NCBI GenBank assembly: GCA_022646745.1
Contig: CP060262.1
Location: 900,001 to 932,000, forward strand
Length of the DNA stretch: 32,000 bases
From: Planctomycetales bacterium
Lineage (GTDB): Bacteria > 4484-113 > JAFGCY01
Direction: 5' to 3'
Shown here in pieces: positions 1-7,559 of this stretch; position 1 is the stretch's first letter; each line of letters begins with the position of its first letter. The translations under genes were made by a program, and so were the position numbers. Below the pieces are notes generated by a model, which worked only from the letters and a program-made list of their open reading frames with translations, did not search any database and was not told where the DNA came from.

Positions 1-948
1 GCTGCCACACTGGGCGAGTATTACCCCATCGGCAGCGTGACGAAGACCTTCGTCGCCACGCTGTCGATGCGTGCCTGGCAGGCCGGGCTCCTGGACCTCG
101 ACGAGCCGCTCGGGCTGCACCTGCCGGAGCTGGATGAGCTGCTGCCGATCGCCGGCGAAATGCCTGTGCGCCTGCTGCTGAACCACAGAAGCGGCCTGCC
201 GAATTATTCGCTGCTGCTTGAGGGCCTGCCGCGCATCGTGGATGAGAAGCTGCTCAGCTGCCGCTGGCGCGAGCCGGAGATCCTCGCACTGCTGGAGAAA
301 GTTGTGCCGCTGTATGCGCCAGGCGCGGGCTGGAACTACTGCAACACCAACTACCTGCTGCTTGGCATGCTGCTCGAACGCGTGCACAGTCGCGATCTGG
401 CAACGCTGCTGGCCGAAGAGATCACGGGGCCACTCGGCATGGCCGACACGCTGTACATGGCAACGCAGGAAGTGCAGGGACCGCTGGCCGTGCCGCATCT
501 TTCGGCACGTGATGGCTACCGCGCGATCCCCGAGCTGCACGCGCCGACGCTGTGGCGCGGGGCCGGGGCGATCGTGTCAACGGCTGCCGACCTGCTGCAG
601 TACTCCCACGCACTGTTCGGCGGGGACCTGCTCGGGCACCAGCTGACAGCGGCGATGCAGGACTGGGAGGATGTCGAGCTCTCACGCGGGCCGGATGTCG
701 GCCTGTACAACATCTCGGAGCTGGCCTTCGGGCTTGGGCTGCTGCGCTACGTGAAGAACGACGGGCTGGAGTTCATCGGGCACCACGGCGGGATCGTCGG
801 CTACCGCGCCGAGCTTCTGTGGCTGCCGCGCGCCCGGATGCACATCGTGGCCCTTGGCAACCGGCACAAGTCCGACCTCGGCCGCGTGGTCTATGCCGTT
901 GCCAGGCACTTGCTCGGCATGCCGCAGATGCCGCGTGGGCAGATGTGA
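1..948 (+). CDS. Serine hydrolase, beta-lactamase/transpeptidase-like fold (5' end lies upstream of window)
   Basis: Frame 1 is open from nt 1 to TGA at 946-948. S-x-x-K reads as S-V-T-K at nt 34-45, Y-x-N reads as YCNTNY, and HHGG lies near the C-terminus. Strong G/C third-position bias. Confidence 0.85.
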   Translation, partial: AATLGEYYPIGSVTKTFVATLSMRAWQAGLLDLDEPLGLHLPELDELLPIAGEMPVRLLLNHRSGLPNYSLLLEGLPRIVDEKLLSCRWREPEILALLEKVVPLYAPGAGWNYCNTNYLLLGMLLERVHSRDLATLLAEEITGPLGMADTLYMATQEVQGPLAVPHLSARDGYRAIPELHAPTLWRGAGAIVSTAADLLQYSHALFGGDLLGHQLTAAMQDWEDVELSRGPDVGLYNISELAFGLGLLRYVKNDGLEFIGHHGGIVGYRAELLWLPRARMHIVALGNRHKSDLGRVVYAVARHLLGMPQMPRGQM

Positions 949-954
949 CGACCT

Positions 955-1045
955 AAGTCAACTAGTCACATAGTCAATGAGTCAACATGTGGCATCCCGA
1001 CCCTTCACTATTGACTAAGTAACTACCTGACTGCTTGACTTGACA
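955..1045. repeat. Opposed arrays of 8-mer AGTCAMNN (x4, 955-986) and reverse-complement TTGAC[TA]/CTGACT (x4, 1011-1045)
   Basis: Read directly: AGTCAACT AGTCACAT AGTCAATG AGTCAACA, then TTGACT (1011), CTGACT (1027), TTGACT (1035), TTGACA (1041). AT-rich block between convergent stops. Confidence 0.6.
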
Positions 1046-1166
1046 TGCGCCGAGGCGCAGAGGAATTCACCGAGCAGAAATCAGGAAGAACAACAATTTC
1101 TTGAAGTAGGGTGACGGTAATACCGCCACCCGGGATGGGGTGTTACCCCATCCCTACTTCCCTGCC

Positions 1167-1194
1167 CATCCCACATCCCGCATCCCGCATTCCT
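1167..1194. repeat. Heptamer tandem repeat CATCCCG-type (4 units)
   Basis: CATCCCA CATCCCG CATCCCG CATTCCT. The same heptamer recurs at 8657-8670. Confidence 0.6.
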
Positions 1195-1282
1195 GCAATG
1201 CCGGTTGCCAACTGCATTCTGCTCCCAGGAAGTGCGACTCGCGCCGCAGCTCCATTGCCGGAATGGTATCCGGCCTCCTGCC

Positions 1283-1810
1283 TCAGTCCAACGGCGTTGC
1301 TTCCTTCGCCGCCGGCAGGTAGTCCACCGGCTGGCGGTACTCATGCACGGACAGTTCCCAGCTCTCGGGCCACTGCCTGTCATCCTCAGTTCTCGCCGGC
1401 AGGTGGGACAGCTCAATCCGCCACAGCCTGTCAGCCGCGAACCACTCACAGACACCGTTACCCATGTGCTCGCTCCAGCCCCGCCCCCTGAGCTGCCCGG
1501 CGATGTCGCGCTGCGCAGCGTCGAAACTGCCGGCGTAGGCGAAGCCGACGTGCCAGGAGCGGCCTTCGTTGGCAACGCCCATGCTGTCGACCGGGTGCCA
1601 GGGGTGGCTCTCGGCGAGCATCGTGCGATTGAGCTCCAGGCTGGCAGGCAGCGCTGCCGCACTGGCCCCGCGCGGGGCATGCAGCCAGCCAGGCGGCCAG
1701 TCCGGGGGATACTGCACCGGGGCCGGATTGCGCGACAGGGCGAACACGGACGCGAGCGTGCCCAGCAGGGCCAGCCCGACGATCAGCGGCAGCAATCGCA
1801 TCCATTTCAT
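1283..1810 (-). CDS. Small secreted/membrane-anchored protein, 'VQYPxDWP' family (paralog A1, 175 aa)
   Basis: ATG at 1808-1810. Hydrophobic N-terminus MKWMRLLPLIVGLALLG. Shares motifs PVQYPPDWP, QLRGRGW and YRQPVDY with the ORFs at 5084-5743 and 5752-6432. Confidence 0.75.
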   Translation of the reverse strand: MKWMRLLPLIVGLALLGTLASVFALSRNPAPVQYPPDWPPGWLHAPRGASAAALPASLELNRTMLAESHPWHPVDSMGVANEGRSWHVGFAYAGSFDAAQRDIAGQLRGRGWSEHMGNGVCEWFAADRLWRIELSHLPARTEDDRQWPESWELSVHEYRQPVDYLPAAKEATPLD

Positions 1811-1850
1811 CCCGGATACTATGACGCCTGTGCTGGCGGAATTGGTTCGT
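1761..1850. repeat. Duplicated segment, copy 1 (A1 leader plus first 17 codons)
   Basis: nt 1761-1830 match nt 4985-5054 at 69 of 70 positions. Weaker similarity continues for about 20 nt. Confidence 0.85.
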
Positions 1851-1904
1851 CGGGGCGAACTGCCCTGCGATCAGCGGAACTTCAGACTGCCAGACCGGTG
1901 TAAA

Positions 1905-3689
1905 TCAGAACTGCACCTTTGCCAGCATTGCATCAAGGTCGCCCGCATCCGGTGTGTCATCCGTGCCCAGAGGCAGGTCCTCGAAAGCAAGGCTGATGTC
2001 CAGCACCCCATTGGCGCTGTAGTTGCTGACCGTGATGTTGTTGTCAAGCAGGTTGAACAGCGCCGGCACACTTTCCAGGGAGAGCGGGTGGAGATTGACA
2101 TCACCCACGACCTGGGACCCACCGCTGATGTACAGCTCGCCCGTCGGACCGGCCAGCAGCGAACCGAAATCGCCGAGGGACAGCAGGGTCCTGTCTCCAC
2201 CGGTGCCGGCCATGTGGAATGAACCCTCTCCGGCACCGTTCCTTACGCGCAGCAGGCTGATACCCGTGTCGTCATCACCGATGCGCGGGGTTTGCAGTGC
2301 ACAGATCGCACCCGTGCTGTCAATCAGCAGGTCGCGCAGGCGGATGCCTGTTTCAGCCGTCGGGTAGCGTAGCTGCTGGTGGCTGCTGAGTTCCATGGAA
2401 CTGTCGAACTGCAGTAACTCAATGTAGTTCTGCAGGATGTCATTCTCGGTCCAGATGTACTGTGATACGAACAGGATTCCACCGCCATGCGCGATCATCC
2501 TGGCGGAACGCGGCCCTGACTTTGAGCTGGTTTCCCAGGAGGTGACGCCCTTGGATGTGCCATCCAGACCGAATTCGGCAACGAGGATCTCCCAGGGTTC
2601 GACGATCCCTCCATCCAGGCGGTCATACACGAAGACACTGTCGTTGGCGACGCAGACCTGGCTGTCCCTGAAGTCGATGTCGGCTCCCCAGGTCCTCCCC
2701 CATTCAAGCGTGTAGTCAGCATTCACACGCAGCAGGTAGATGTCAAATCCGCCGTGGCCGACCAGGTAGAAATTGCCACTGCCATCCATTGCCACCCCGC
2801 TCAGGAAGCTGAGCTGGCAGTCAATTTCCTTGTGAGCCACGATGTTCAAGTCGCCGTCCAGCTGCATGATGTGCGGGTCAGAGCCGTTCATGCCGGTAAT
2901 GAAGATGTTGCCTGAAGCATCAGTGAACATGAAGTCGGCGGTCGTGCCTGATGCGAAGTGCAGGCGCTTGGCAGCCGTGCGCGTCCCGTCGGCAGAGTAG
3001 CGCAGCAGCGTCAGGTAACCAAGCTCACCTGCATCCTCGTAGGTTCGCAGGCCGACAATGATGTTCCCCGCGGCGTCGAAGGTGCTGCATTCCACAACCT
3101 CATGCAGGCTGTCAACACCGAATGTGTGGATCCAGTCCGGCGGTTTCGGACCGCTGACATTCAGCCTGATGCTGGCAACACTCGCCGTGTCCCCTCCGTG
3201 ACAGAGCACGGCCGCAAACGCGTGGTCCAGTCCGCTGGCATAGCGTCCGGCGACCATACCGAGATCGGCCGTGGCATCCGCATCGTAGCTGTCAATGAAG
3301 TTCCAGCGGCCGTTGTCATAATCAGCAATTGCCAGCCAGTACTCACCTGAGAGGGCGCCGAGGTTCACATCGAGCGATTCAACCGGATCGCCGGCGGACA
3401 GGTCAAAGCGGTATATCGCCCAGGCGCTGGCAGAGGAACTGGAGACAAGCTCCAACTCATCCCCGTTGACTGTTGCATCTCCGCCGCTGGCCTGCGCATC
3501 CTTGCCGGGCAGCTCCATTGATGCGCTGGCGCTCCGCGCGTCACCTTGCAGCAGGTCCAGTGCTTCCACTGATGGCAGCAACCCGGTCGGATCGGCTTCA
3601 TTCAGATGGGAATCCATCCCGCGCCCTGTACAGGAAGCTAGGATGAATGCAACCAGGGTCAGTAGAGTGCCTATCCGGATATGTTTCAT
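1905..3689 (-). CDS. Lipoprotein: shared N-terminal module plus SBBP/NHL-like beta-propeller (family B1, 594 aa)
   Basis: Start chosen at internal ATG 3687-3689 (MKHIRIGTLLTLVAFILASC, lipobox LASC) with AAGGA 9 nt upstream. N-module motifs WAIYRF and IADYDNGRWNF. Blade motifs DAAGNIIVG, DASGNIFITG, DGSGNFYLVG. Paralog of 19096-20934. Confidence 0.85.
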   Translation of the reverse strand: MKHIRIGTLLTLVAFILASCTGRGMDSHLNEADPTGLLPSVEALDLLQGDARSASASMELPGKDAQASGGDATVNGDELELVSSSSASAWAIYRFDLSAGDPVESLDVNLGALSGEYWLAIADYDNGRWNFIDSYDADATADLGMVAGRYASGLDHAFAAVLCHGGDTASVASIRLNVSGPKPPDWIHTFGVDSLHEVVECSTFDAAGNIIVGLRTYEDAGELGYLTLLRYSADGTRTAAKRLHFASGTTADFMFTDASGNIFITGMNGSDPHIMQLDGDLNIVAHKEIDCQLSFLSGVAMDGSGNFYLVGHGGFDIYLLRVNADYTLEWGRTWGADIDFRDSQVCVANDSVFVYDRLDGGIVEPWEILVAEFGLDGTSKGVTSWETSSKSGPRSARMIAHGGGILFVSQYIWTENDILQNYIELLQFDSSMELSSHQQLRYPTAETGIRLRDLLIDSTGAICALQTPRIGDDDTGISLLRVRNGAGEGSFHMAGTGGDRTLLSLGDFGSLLAGPTGELYISGGSQVVGDVNLHPLSLESVPALFNLLDNNITVSNYSANGVLDISLAFEDLPLGTDDTPDAGDLDAMLAKVQF

Positions 3690-4011
3690 GGCAAACGGTC
3701 CTTTTCGTGATCGGGTTGTCATGGCTTGCCGGCTGTTCACCGGCTCATCCCAGCAGTATATACCTAACGGGCGCCGCCCCGCAGCGGCCCAACACACCGG
3801 CGATTCCTCCCGGATGCTCTGCTGACTGTGCTGGCCTTATCTCCCGGCAGGCGACAAACCATATGGTGGAAATGGCAGCTGGCGAATCCCTGTGTTTGTT
3901 AAATCGGGCTTAAACTCCGGGGCTACCCTTGCCCGCGTCACTGACCCTCTGACATAATCCGGCCCTATCAATTGCGGCCGGGCCAGTTTGGCTGCTCTAC
4001 CAGGTTGGAAC

Positions 4012-4872
4012 ATGCCAATGTACAGATTCAGATTGACAGCCTTGCTGCTTGTTGCCACGATACTGCTCAGCAGCGGGATCTCCCAGGCCAAGGGCGCTAC
4101 GGAACACCCCGTGATCAAGCCCTTTGGCGGGGCTGAGTTCGTTGACGGGCCAAGCAAGACCACCAGTTTTGATACTTTCGACTTCCTCGTGACGACGGCA
4201 GATGGCAAGAAGACCGACAAGGTCACCAAGAAGGGCAAGTACTGGTACCTGCGCTACCGCATCACGGATGCCTCCGGCCAGCTTGACAAGAGTGTCGGTG
4301 CTGAGGAAATCCTCGAGAACTACCGCAATGCCTGCCTCCAGCGCGGCGGCACGATCCACTACGACTATTCCCGACGCCTGGTGTTCTCACTAACCCGCGA
4401 TGACGGCGGCGAGACCTGGGTCAACCTGCAGGCCAGCGACGGCAACTACGACATCACGATCGTTGACGAGAAGGGGCTGGACCCCACGCTCGTGTTCGGT
4501 GCCGAGGAAATGGCAAGCGAGATCGACATTGACGGCGACGTGGTGGTCTACGGCATCAACTTCGCCGTTGACAGCGACCGCCTGGAGCCCGGCAGCGAGA
4601 AGGTGCTCACCGAGATGGTCAAGCTGATGCGCAATGAGCCGCAGCTGCGCATCGAGATCCAGGGCCATACTGACAACACCGGCAGCGCCGACTACAACCT
4701 GAAGCTTTCGGACCGGCGTGTAGCCACCGTGCGCGAGTTCCTGATCCTGTTCGGCATTGACCCCGCGCGGATGATCTCGAAGGGCTATGGCCTGAGCCGC
4801 CCGGTTGCCACGAATGACACGGAGGAGGGACGTGCGCTCAACCGCCGAGTGGAACTGCACCGCATGAACTGA
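4012..4872 (+). CDS. OmpA-family protein (signal peptide, N-terminal domain of unknown function, C-terminal OmpA-like peptidoglycan-binding domain)
   Basis: Signal peptide MPMYRFRLTALLLVATILLSSGISQA. C-terminal motifs GHTDNTGSADYNLKLSDRRVATV and NRRVEL are typical of OmpA_C. TGA at 4870-4872. ATG at 4012 preferred over the TTG at 3988. Confidence 0.9.
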   Translation: MPMYRFRLTALLLVATILLSSGISQAKGATEHPVIKPFGGAEFVDGPSKTTSFDTFDFLVTTADGKKTDKVTKKGKYWYLRYRITDASGQLDKSVGAEEILENYRNACLQRGGTIHYDYSRRLVFSLTRDDGGETWVNLQASDGNYDITIVDEKGLDPTLVFGAEEMASEIDIDGDVVVYGINFAVDSDRLEPGSEKVLTEMVKLMRNEPQLRIEIQGHTDNTGSADYNLKLSDRRVATVREFLILFGIDPARMISKGYGLSRPVATNDTEEGRALNRRVELHRMN

Positions 4873-4984
4873 GCTGCACTGCAGCCTGCCCAGCGTATGC
4901 CGGGAGAACAGGGAAGCAATGTGGGAAACTGGCAACGGAAGTGTGCCCGGCCGCCAGATGGAGTCCAGGCAACTCTGCAACTTT

Positions 4985-5034
4985 CCCAGCAGGGCCAGCC
5001 CGACAATCAGCGGCAGCAATCGCATCCATTTCAT
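4985..5034 (-). pseudogene. Orphan N-terminal remnant of an A1-like gene (signal peptide only)
   Basis: Encodes MKWMRLLPLIVGLALLG, identical to A1, with the same upstream leader (5035-5073). Similarity stops after codon 17. The open frame then runs antisense into the OmpA gene. Confidence 0.6.
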
Positions 5035-5083
5035 CCCGGATACTATGACGCCTGCGGGCAGCGGATTGGTTCGCCGCAGTGGT

Positions 5084-5743
5084 TCAGGGCTGCATCACCT
5101 GCGGCACTTCTCCCGAGGGATCCAGGGCGACGACCTTCCCCTGCCGCTCCACATCGACAGGCTGGCTGTATTCATCGATACTCAGTTGCCACGCGTATCC
5201 ACGGAAATAGCCGGGACCGACACAGGACTTCGTGGACAGCAGCAGCGTCGGCTTTTCCCTGCCAATCAGGATGATCCGGTAATGGCCATCGCTGGAGTAG
5301 TAATGATGCAGTTCCGCCATTGGCCGCCAGACCCGCCAGCCGCGCCCGGCAAGCTGTGCCTCCAGCCCTGCTGACACTTCACTGAAGGTGCGAGGCGTAT
5401 TGAACCCGATCCGCCAGCTCCTGCATGTATTGCTGACCTGCCCGTCCCTTTCAAGCTCCCGCCAGGGACTGTATTGCGCCTCAATCACATCCGGCAGGCC
5501 GTCGAACCCACGGATCTCCCCTGCGGTGGCATGTGGCGGGGCCAGCACATACTCCAGCGGCCATTCCGGCGGGTAGTGCACCGGGCGATGGGCATGGTGC
5601 CAGTCGCTGCCAAGCGCCAGGCCGCATGCCAGCACAAGCGCAAACAATGACTGTCTTCCCCGCGACCACATCTCCCATGCAGACCAGCCAGTGGCAGCTA
5701 TGTTCCGAATCAGGCTCATTGCCGGGGGATGGCCCGGCAGCAT
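5084..5743 (-). CDS. 'VQYPxDWP' family protein (paralog A2)
   Basis: Motifs PVHYPPEWP, QLAGRGW, EYSQPVDV. Hydrophobic segment SLFALVLACGLALG. Start placed at ATG 5741-5743, 8 nt after the upstream TAG and preceded by GGAGTAGGTGGG. ATG 5719 is also possible. Confidence 0.7.
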   Translation of the reverse strand: MLPGHPPAMSLIRNIAATGWSAWEMWSRGRQSLFALVLACGLALGSDWHHAHRPVHYPPEWPLEYVLAPPHATAGEIRGFDGLPDVIEAQYSPWRELERDGQVSNTCRSWRIGFNTPRTFSEVSAGLEAQLAGRGWRVWRPMAELHHYYSSDGHYRIILIGREKPTLLLSTKSCVGPGYFRGYAWQLSIDEYSQPVDVERQGKVVALDPSGEVPQVMQP

Positions 5744-5751
5744 CCGCCCAC

Positions 5752-6432
5752 CTACTCCAGCACTTCGCCCTTTGCCTGTTCCAGGTAATCCACCGGATCC
5801 CGATACCGCTGGATTTCCAGGTGCCACTTGTACGGCTCGCCCAGGCTGGTCAATTCATCCTTGTGCAGGAAGTAAATGCAGTACATGTAATCCGTGGAGT
5901 AGTAAACGTTGTAGCCGTCCTTGCTGCTGTCCGAGCGGATCCAGCCCCGGCCCGCCAGCTCGCTCTCCAGCATGGCCACCCCATCCGCAGTCTTGCCATC
6001 GTAGCTGTACAACATCACCCAGCTTGTGACCATGTTCTCGTGCGGAGCGCGGCCGACTTCCTTCTCCGGAACGAACCAGACACCCGGCAGCACTTCATTC
6101 TCGGAACCGGGAGTGGATTCAGTGGCGAGTGCCCCCTCGGGTGCCCTGACATACTCCAATGGCCAGTCCGCCGGATACTGCACGGGGACACTGGCCCTGG
6201 CTGGCTTCGGAGGGCTGCCGGCCCGGGACTGCTCGCGCTGGTCAATGATTGACAGCATCGAGGACAGGATGACGGCAATGGCAATGATGCCGCCTGCGAT
6301 GAAGAAGTACGGTATGGCTCCGCGCATCGCCTGACTATGACGCATGACTGCCCGATTGCGAACAGGATGCCGCAGCTCCGTTGTCATGCAACACAGCCGC
6401 CCTGATCCTCGTCCAACTGGCGGGTGCGGCAT
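5752..6432 (-). CDS. 'VQYPxDWP' family protein (paralog A3)
   Basis: Motifs VPVQYPADWP, ELAGRGW, YRDPVDY. TM segment IPYFFIAGGIIAIAVILSSML. TAG at 5752-5754. Start uncertain (ATG 6432, 6387, 6345 or 6327). Confidence 0.7.
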   Translation of the reverse strand: MPHPPVGRGSGRLCCMTTELRHPVRNRAVMRHSQAMRGAIPYFFIAGGIIAIAVILSSMLSIIDQREQSRAGSPPKPARASVPVQYPADWPLEYVRAPEGALATESTPGSENEVLPGVWFVPEKEVGRAPHENMVTSWVMLYSYDGKTADGVAMLESELAGRGWIRSDSSKDGYNVYYSTDYMYCIYFLHKDELTSLGEPYKWHLEIQRYRDPVDYLEQAKGEVLE

Positions 6433-6519
6433 AATTGTTTTTTAGGTTGCAAAGCGTTAGCCGTTGATAGGGAAGCTTCACCGAGTATGTTTGCAATGAA
6501 ATGTTGCGTTATTGAGATG

Positions 6520-6985
6520 TTTCACCACAGAGCCACAGAGGGCACAGAGGAAAATGACAATGGCAATCACACGGGATCCACTTACCGAGAAGATCATTGG
6601 CGCTGCTATCGAAGTCCATCGCGCGGTTGGCCCAGGCCTGCTGGAGCAGATCTATGAGGAATGCATGTGCCGTGAGCTGGCTCTGCAGGAGTTGTCATTC
6701 CAGCGCCAGCTTCCCGTACCACTCCATTACAAGGGAGTGAAGCTGGAAAACAACTTACGGATTGACCTGCTAGTTGAGGACAAGGTGATCATAGAACTGA
6801 AATCTGTCAACAAACTGCTTGGCCTGCATGAGGCCCAGTTACTGAGCTACTTGAAGCTGACTGGCAAACAAAGGGGTCTGCTGATGAACTTCAACTGCGA
6901 ACGTCTGACGGACGGACTGAAGCGGATGGTGCTGTAGATACACGCCCAAGGATATCTCTGTGACCTCTGTGGCTCTGTGGTGAAA
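6520..6985 (+). mobile_element. Non-autonomous cassette: GxxExxY gene bracketed by 30-nt inverted arms made of CACAGAG-type tandem units
   Basis: Left arm 6520-6549 is TTTCACCACAGAGCCACAGAGGGCACAGAG. The reverse complement of 6956-6985 is the same with one mismatch. No transposase is present. Confidence 0.55.
6554..6937 (+). CDS. GxxExxY protein (PD-(D/E)XK nuclease superfamily, 127 aa)
   Basis: Literal G-L-L-E-Q-I-Y motif. D...E-L-K core (RIDLLVEDKVIIELKS). ATG at 6554 preceded by AGAGGA. TAG stop at 6935-6937. Confidence 0.9.
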   Translation: MTMAITRDPLTEKIIGAAIEVHRAVGPGLLEQIYEECMCRELALQELSFQRQLPVPLHYKGVKLENNLRIDLLVEDKVIIELKSVNKLLGLHEAQLLSYLKLTGKQRGLLMNFNCERLTDGLKRMVL

Positions 6986-7128
6986 TCAACTGGTCGCATC
7001 TTGCAAAGTCTCCAGACAGCGGTTTCGACCCATGCATCATGGCTGGGAGTTGCGAATACCGCGCAGCCAGCGCACCATCTGGATGCAGTGAATTCGTTCC
7101 ATCCAATTCCAGCACTGCTATGTTTGTA

Positions 7129-7355
7129 TTCAACCACAGAGCCACAGAGGGCACAGGGGAATATGGCATTGACTATCCCGTCAATCACTGACTGAGAAGT
7201 CAATTGGGCTTCGCGCCAAAGTTCATCAATCCATTTTTGCGGCTGGCCGGTGAAGTATCCTGGGCTTAGATCGGATGAAACGAGCACCAGGTTCACAGTG
7301 GACCTCGTCCAGTGTTAATTCCTCCTCTGTGTACTCTGTGCCTCTGTGGTGTATT
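7129..7355 (+). pseudogene. Decayed second cassette: same inverted arms around a frameshifted, internally deleted GxxExxY remnant
   Basis: Arms at 7129-7159 and 7324-7355 match the intact cassette arms. nt 7186-7207 match 6579-6600 at 17/22 (SLTEKSIGLRAKVH vs PLTEKIIGAAIEVH) but are out of frame with ATG 7163, whose frame hits TGA after 10 codons. Confidence 0.55.
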
Positions 7356-7503
7356 TCAACTGGTCGGGTGCTGAGCGTTGGCTTCAGCCTACGGCTTCAA
7401 CCAATGCAACACGACCCGTGGATGCGGCGTCATACTGCATGGGTGCGGCAAGCCTGGGAATCGCTCAGAAGCGCCTGACTGTACCCGGGGAGACATAGAT
7501 GGT

Positions 7504-7527
7504 ATGCGCCTGCGGCGCATGTATAAT
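7504..7527 (+). promoter_or_regulatory. Candidate promoter for the ABC ATPase gene: perfect TATAAT abutted by a 17-nt palindrome
   Basis: TATAAT at 7522-7527 with TG immediately upstream. ATGCGCC-TGC-GGCGCAT at 7504-7520. No good -35 hexamer. AGGAAG RBS before ATG 7560. Confidence 0.4.
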
Positions 7528-7559
7528 CGTGGGAGTATTCGCCACAGGGGCAGGAAGAC

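Noticed and set aside
950-1282. tRNA or other small RNA genes in the larger spacers (950-1282, 3690-4011, 8493-8774, 9186-10102, 20935-21089)
   Set aside because: I could not find cloverleaf-compatible acceptor or T-arm pairs, nor GTTCRANYC-like T-loops. The spacers are explained by repeats and promoter-like sequence. A covariance-model scan would be needed to be certain.
3690-3797. N-terminal extensions of the longest ORFs (3690-3797, 12533-12775, 23454-23489, 30030-30119)
   Set aside because: Internal starts give canonical lipobox or signal peptides with SD-like sequences at correct spacing. The extensions are Arg/Pro-rich, overlap repeats or the upstream gene, and are not shared among paralogs.
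4390-4984. The 214-aa minus-strand ORF (4390-5034) as a real gene
   Set aside because: Only its first 17 codons (4985-5034) resemble anything. The rest is antisense to the well-supported OmpA gene and stays open only because of GC-rich antisense codon structure.
6847-7296. 149-aa minus-strand ORF across the cassette region
   Set aside because: It spans cassette arms and the decayed cassette and overlaps the GxxExxY gene 3' end. Much of it is translated repeat arms (TTEPQRSQR) and it has no coherent domain signal.
6520-7366. Autonomous transposon or insertion sequence
   Set aside because: Inverted arms are present, but the only intact ORF is a 127-aa PD-(D/E)XK-family protein. There is no DDE, serine or tyrosine recombinase and no obvious target-site duplication. 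I therefore call it a non-autonomous cassette only.
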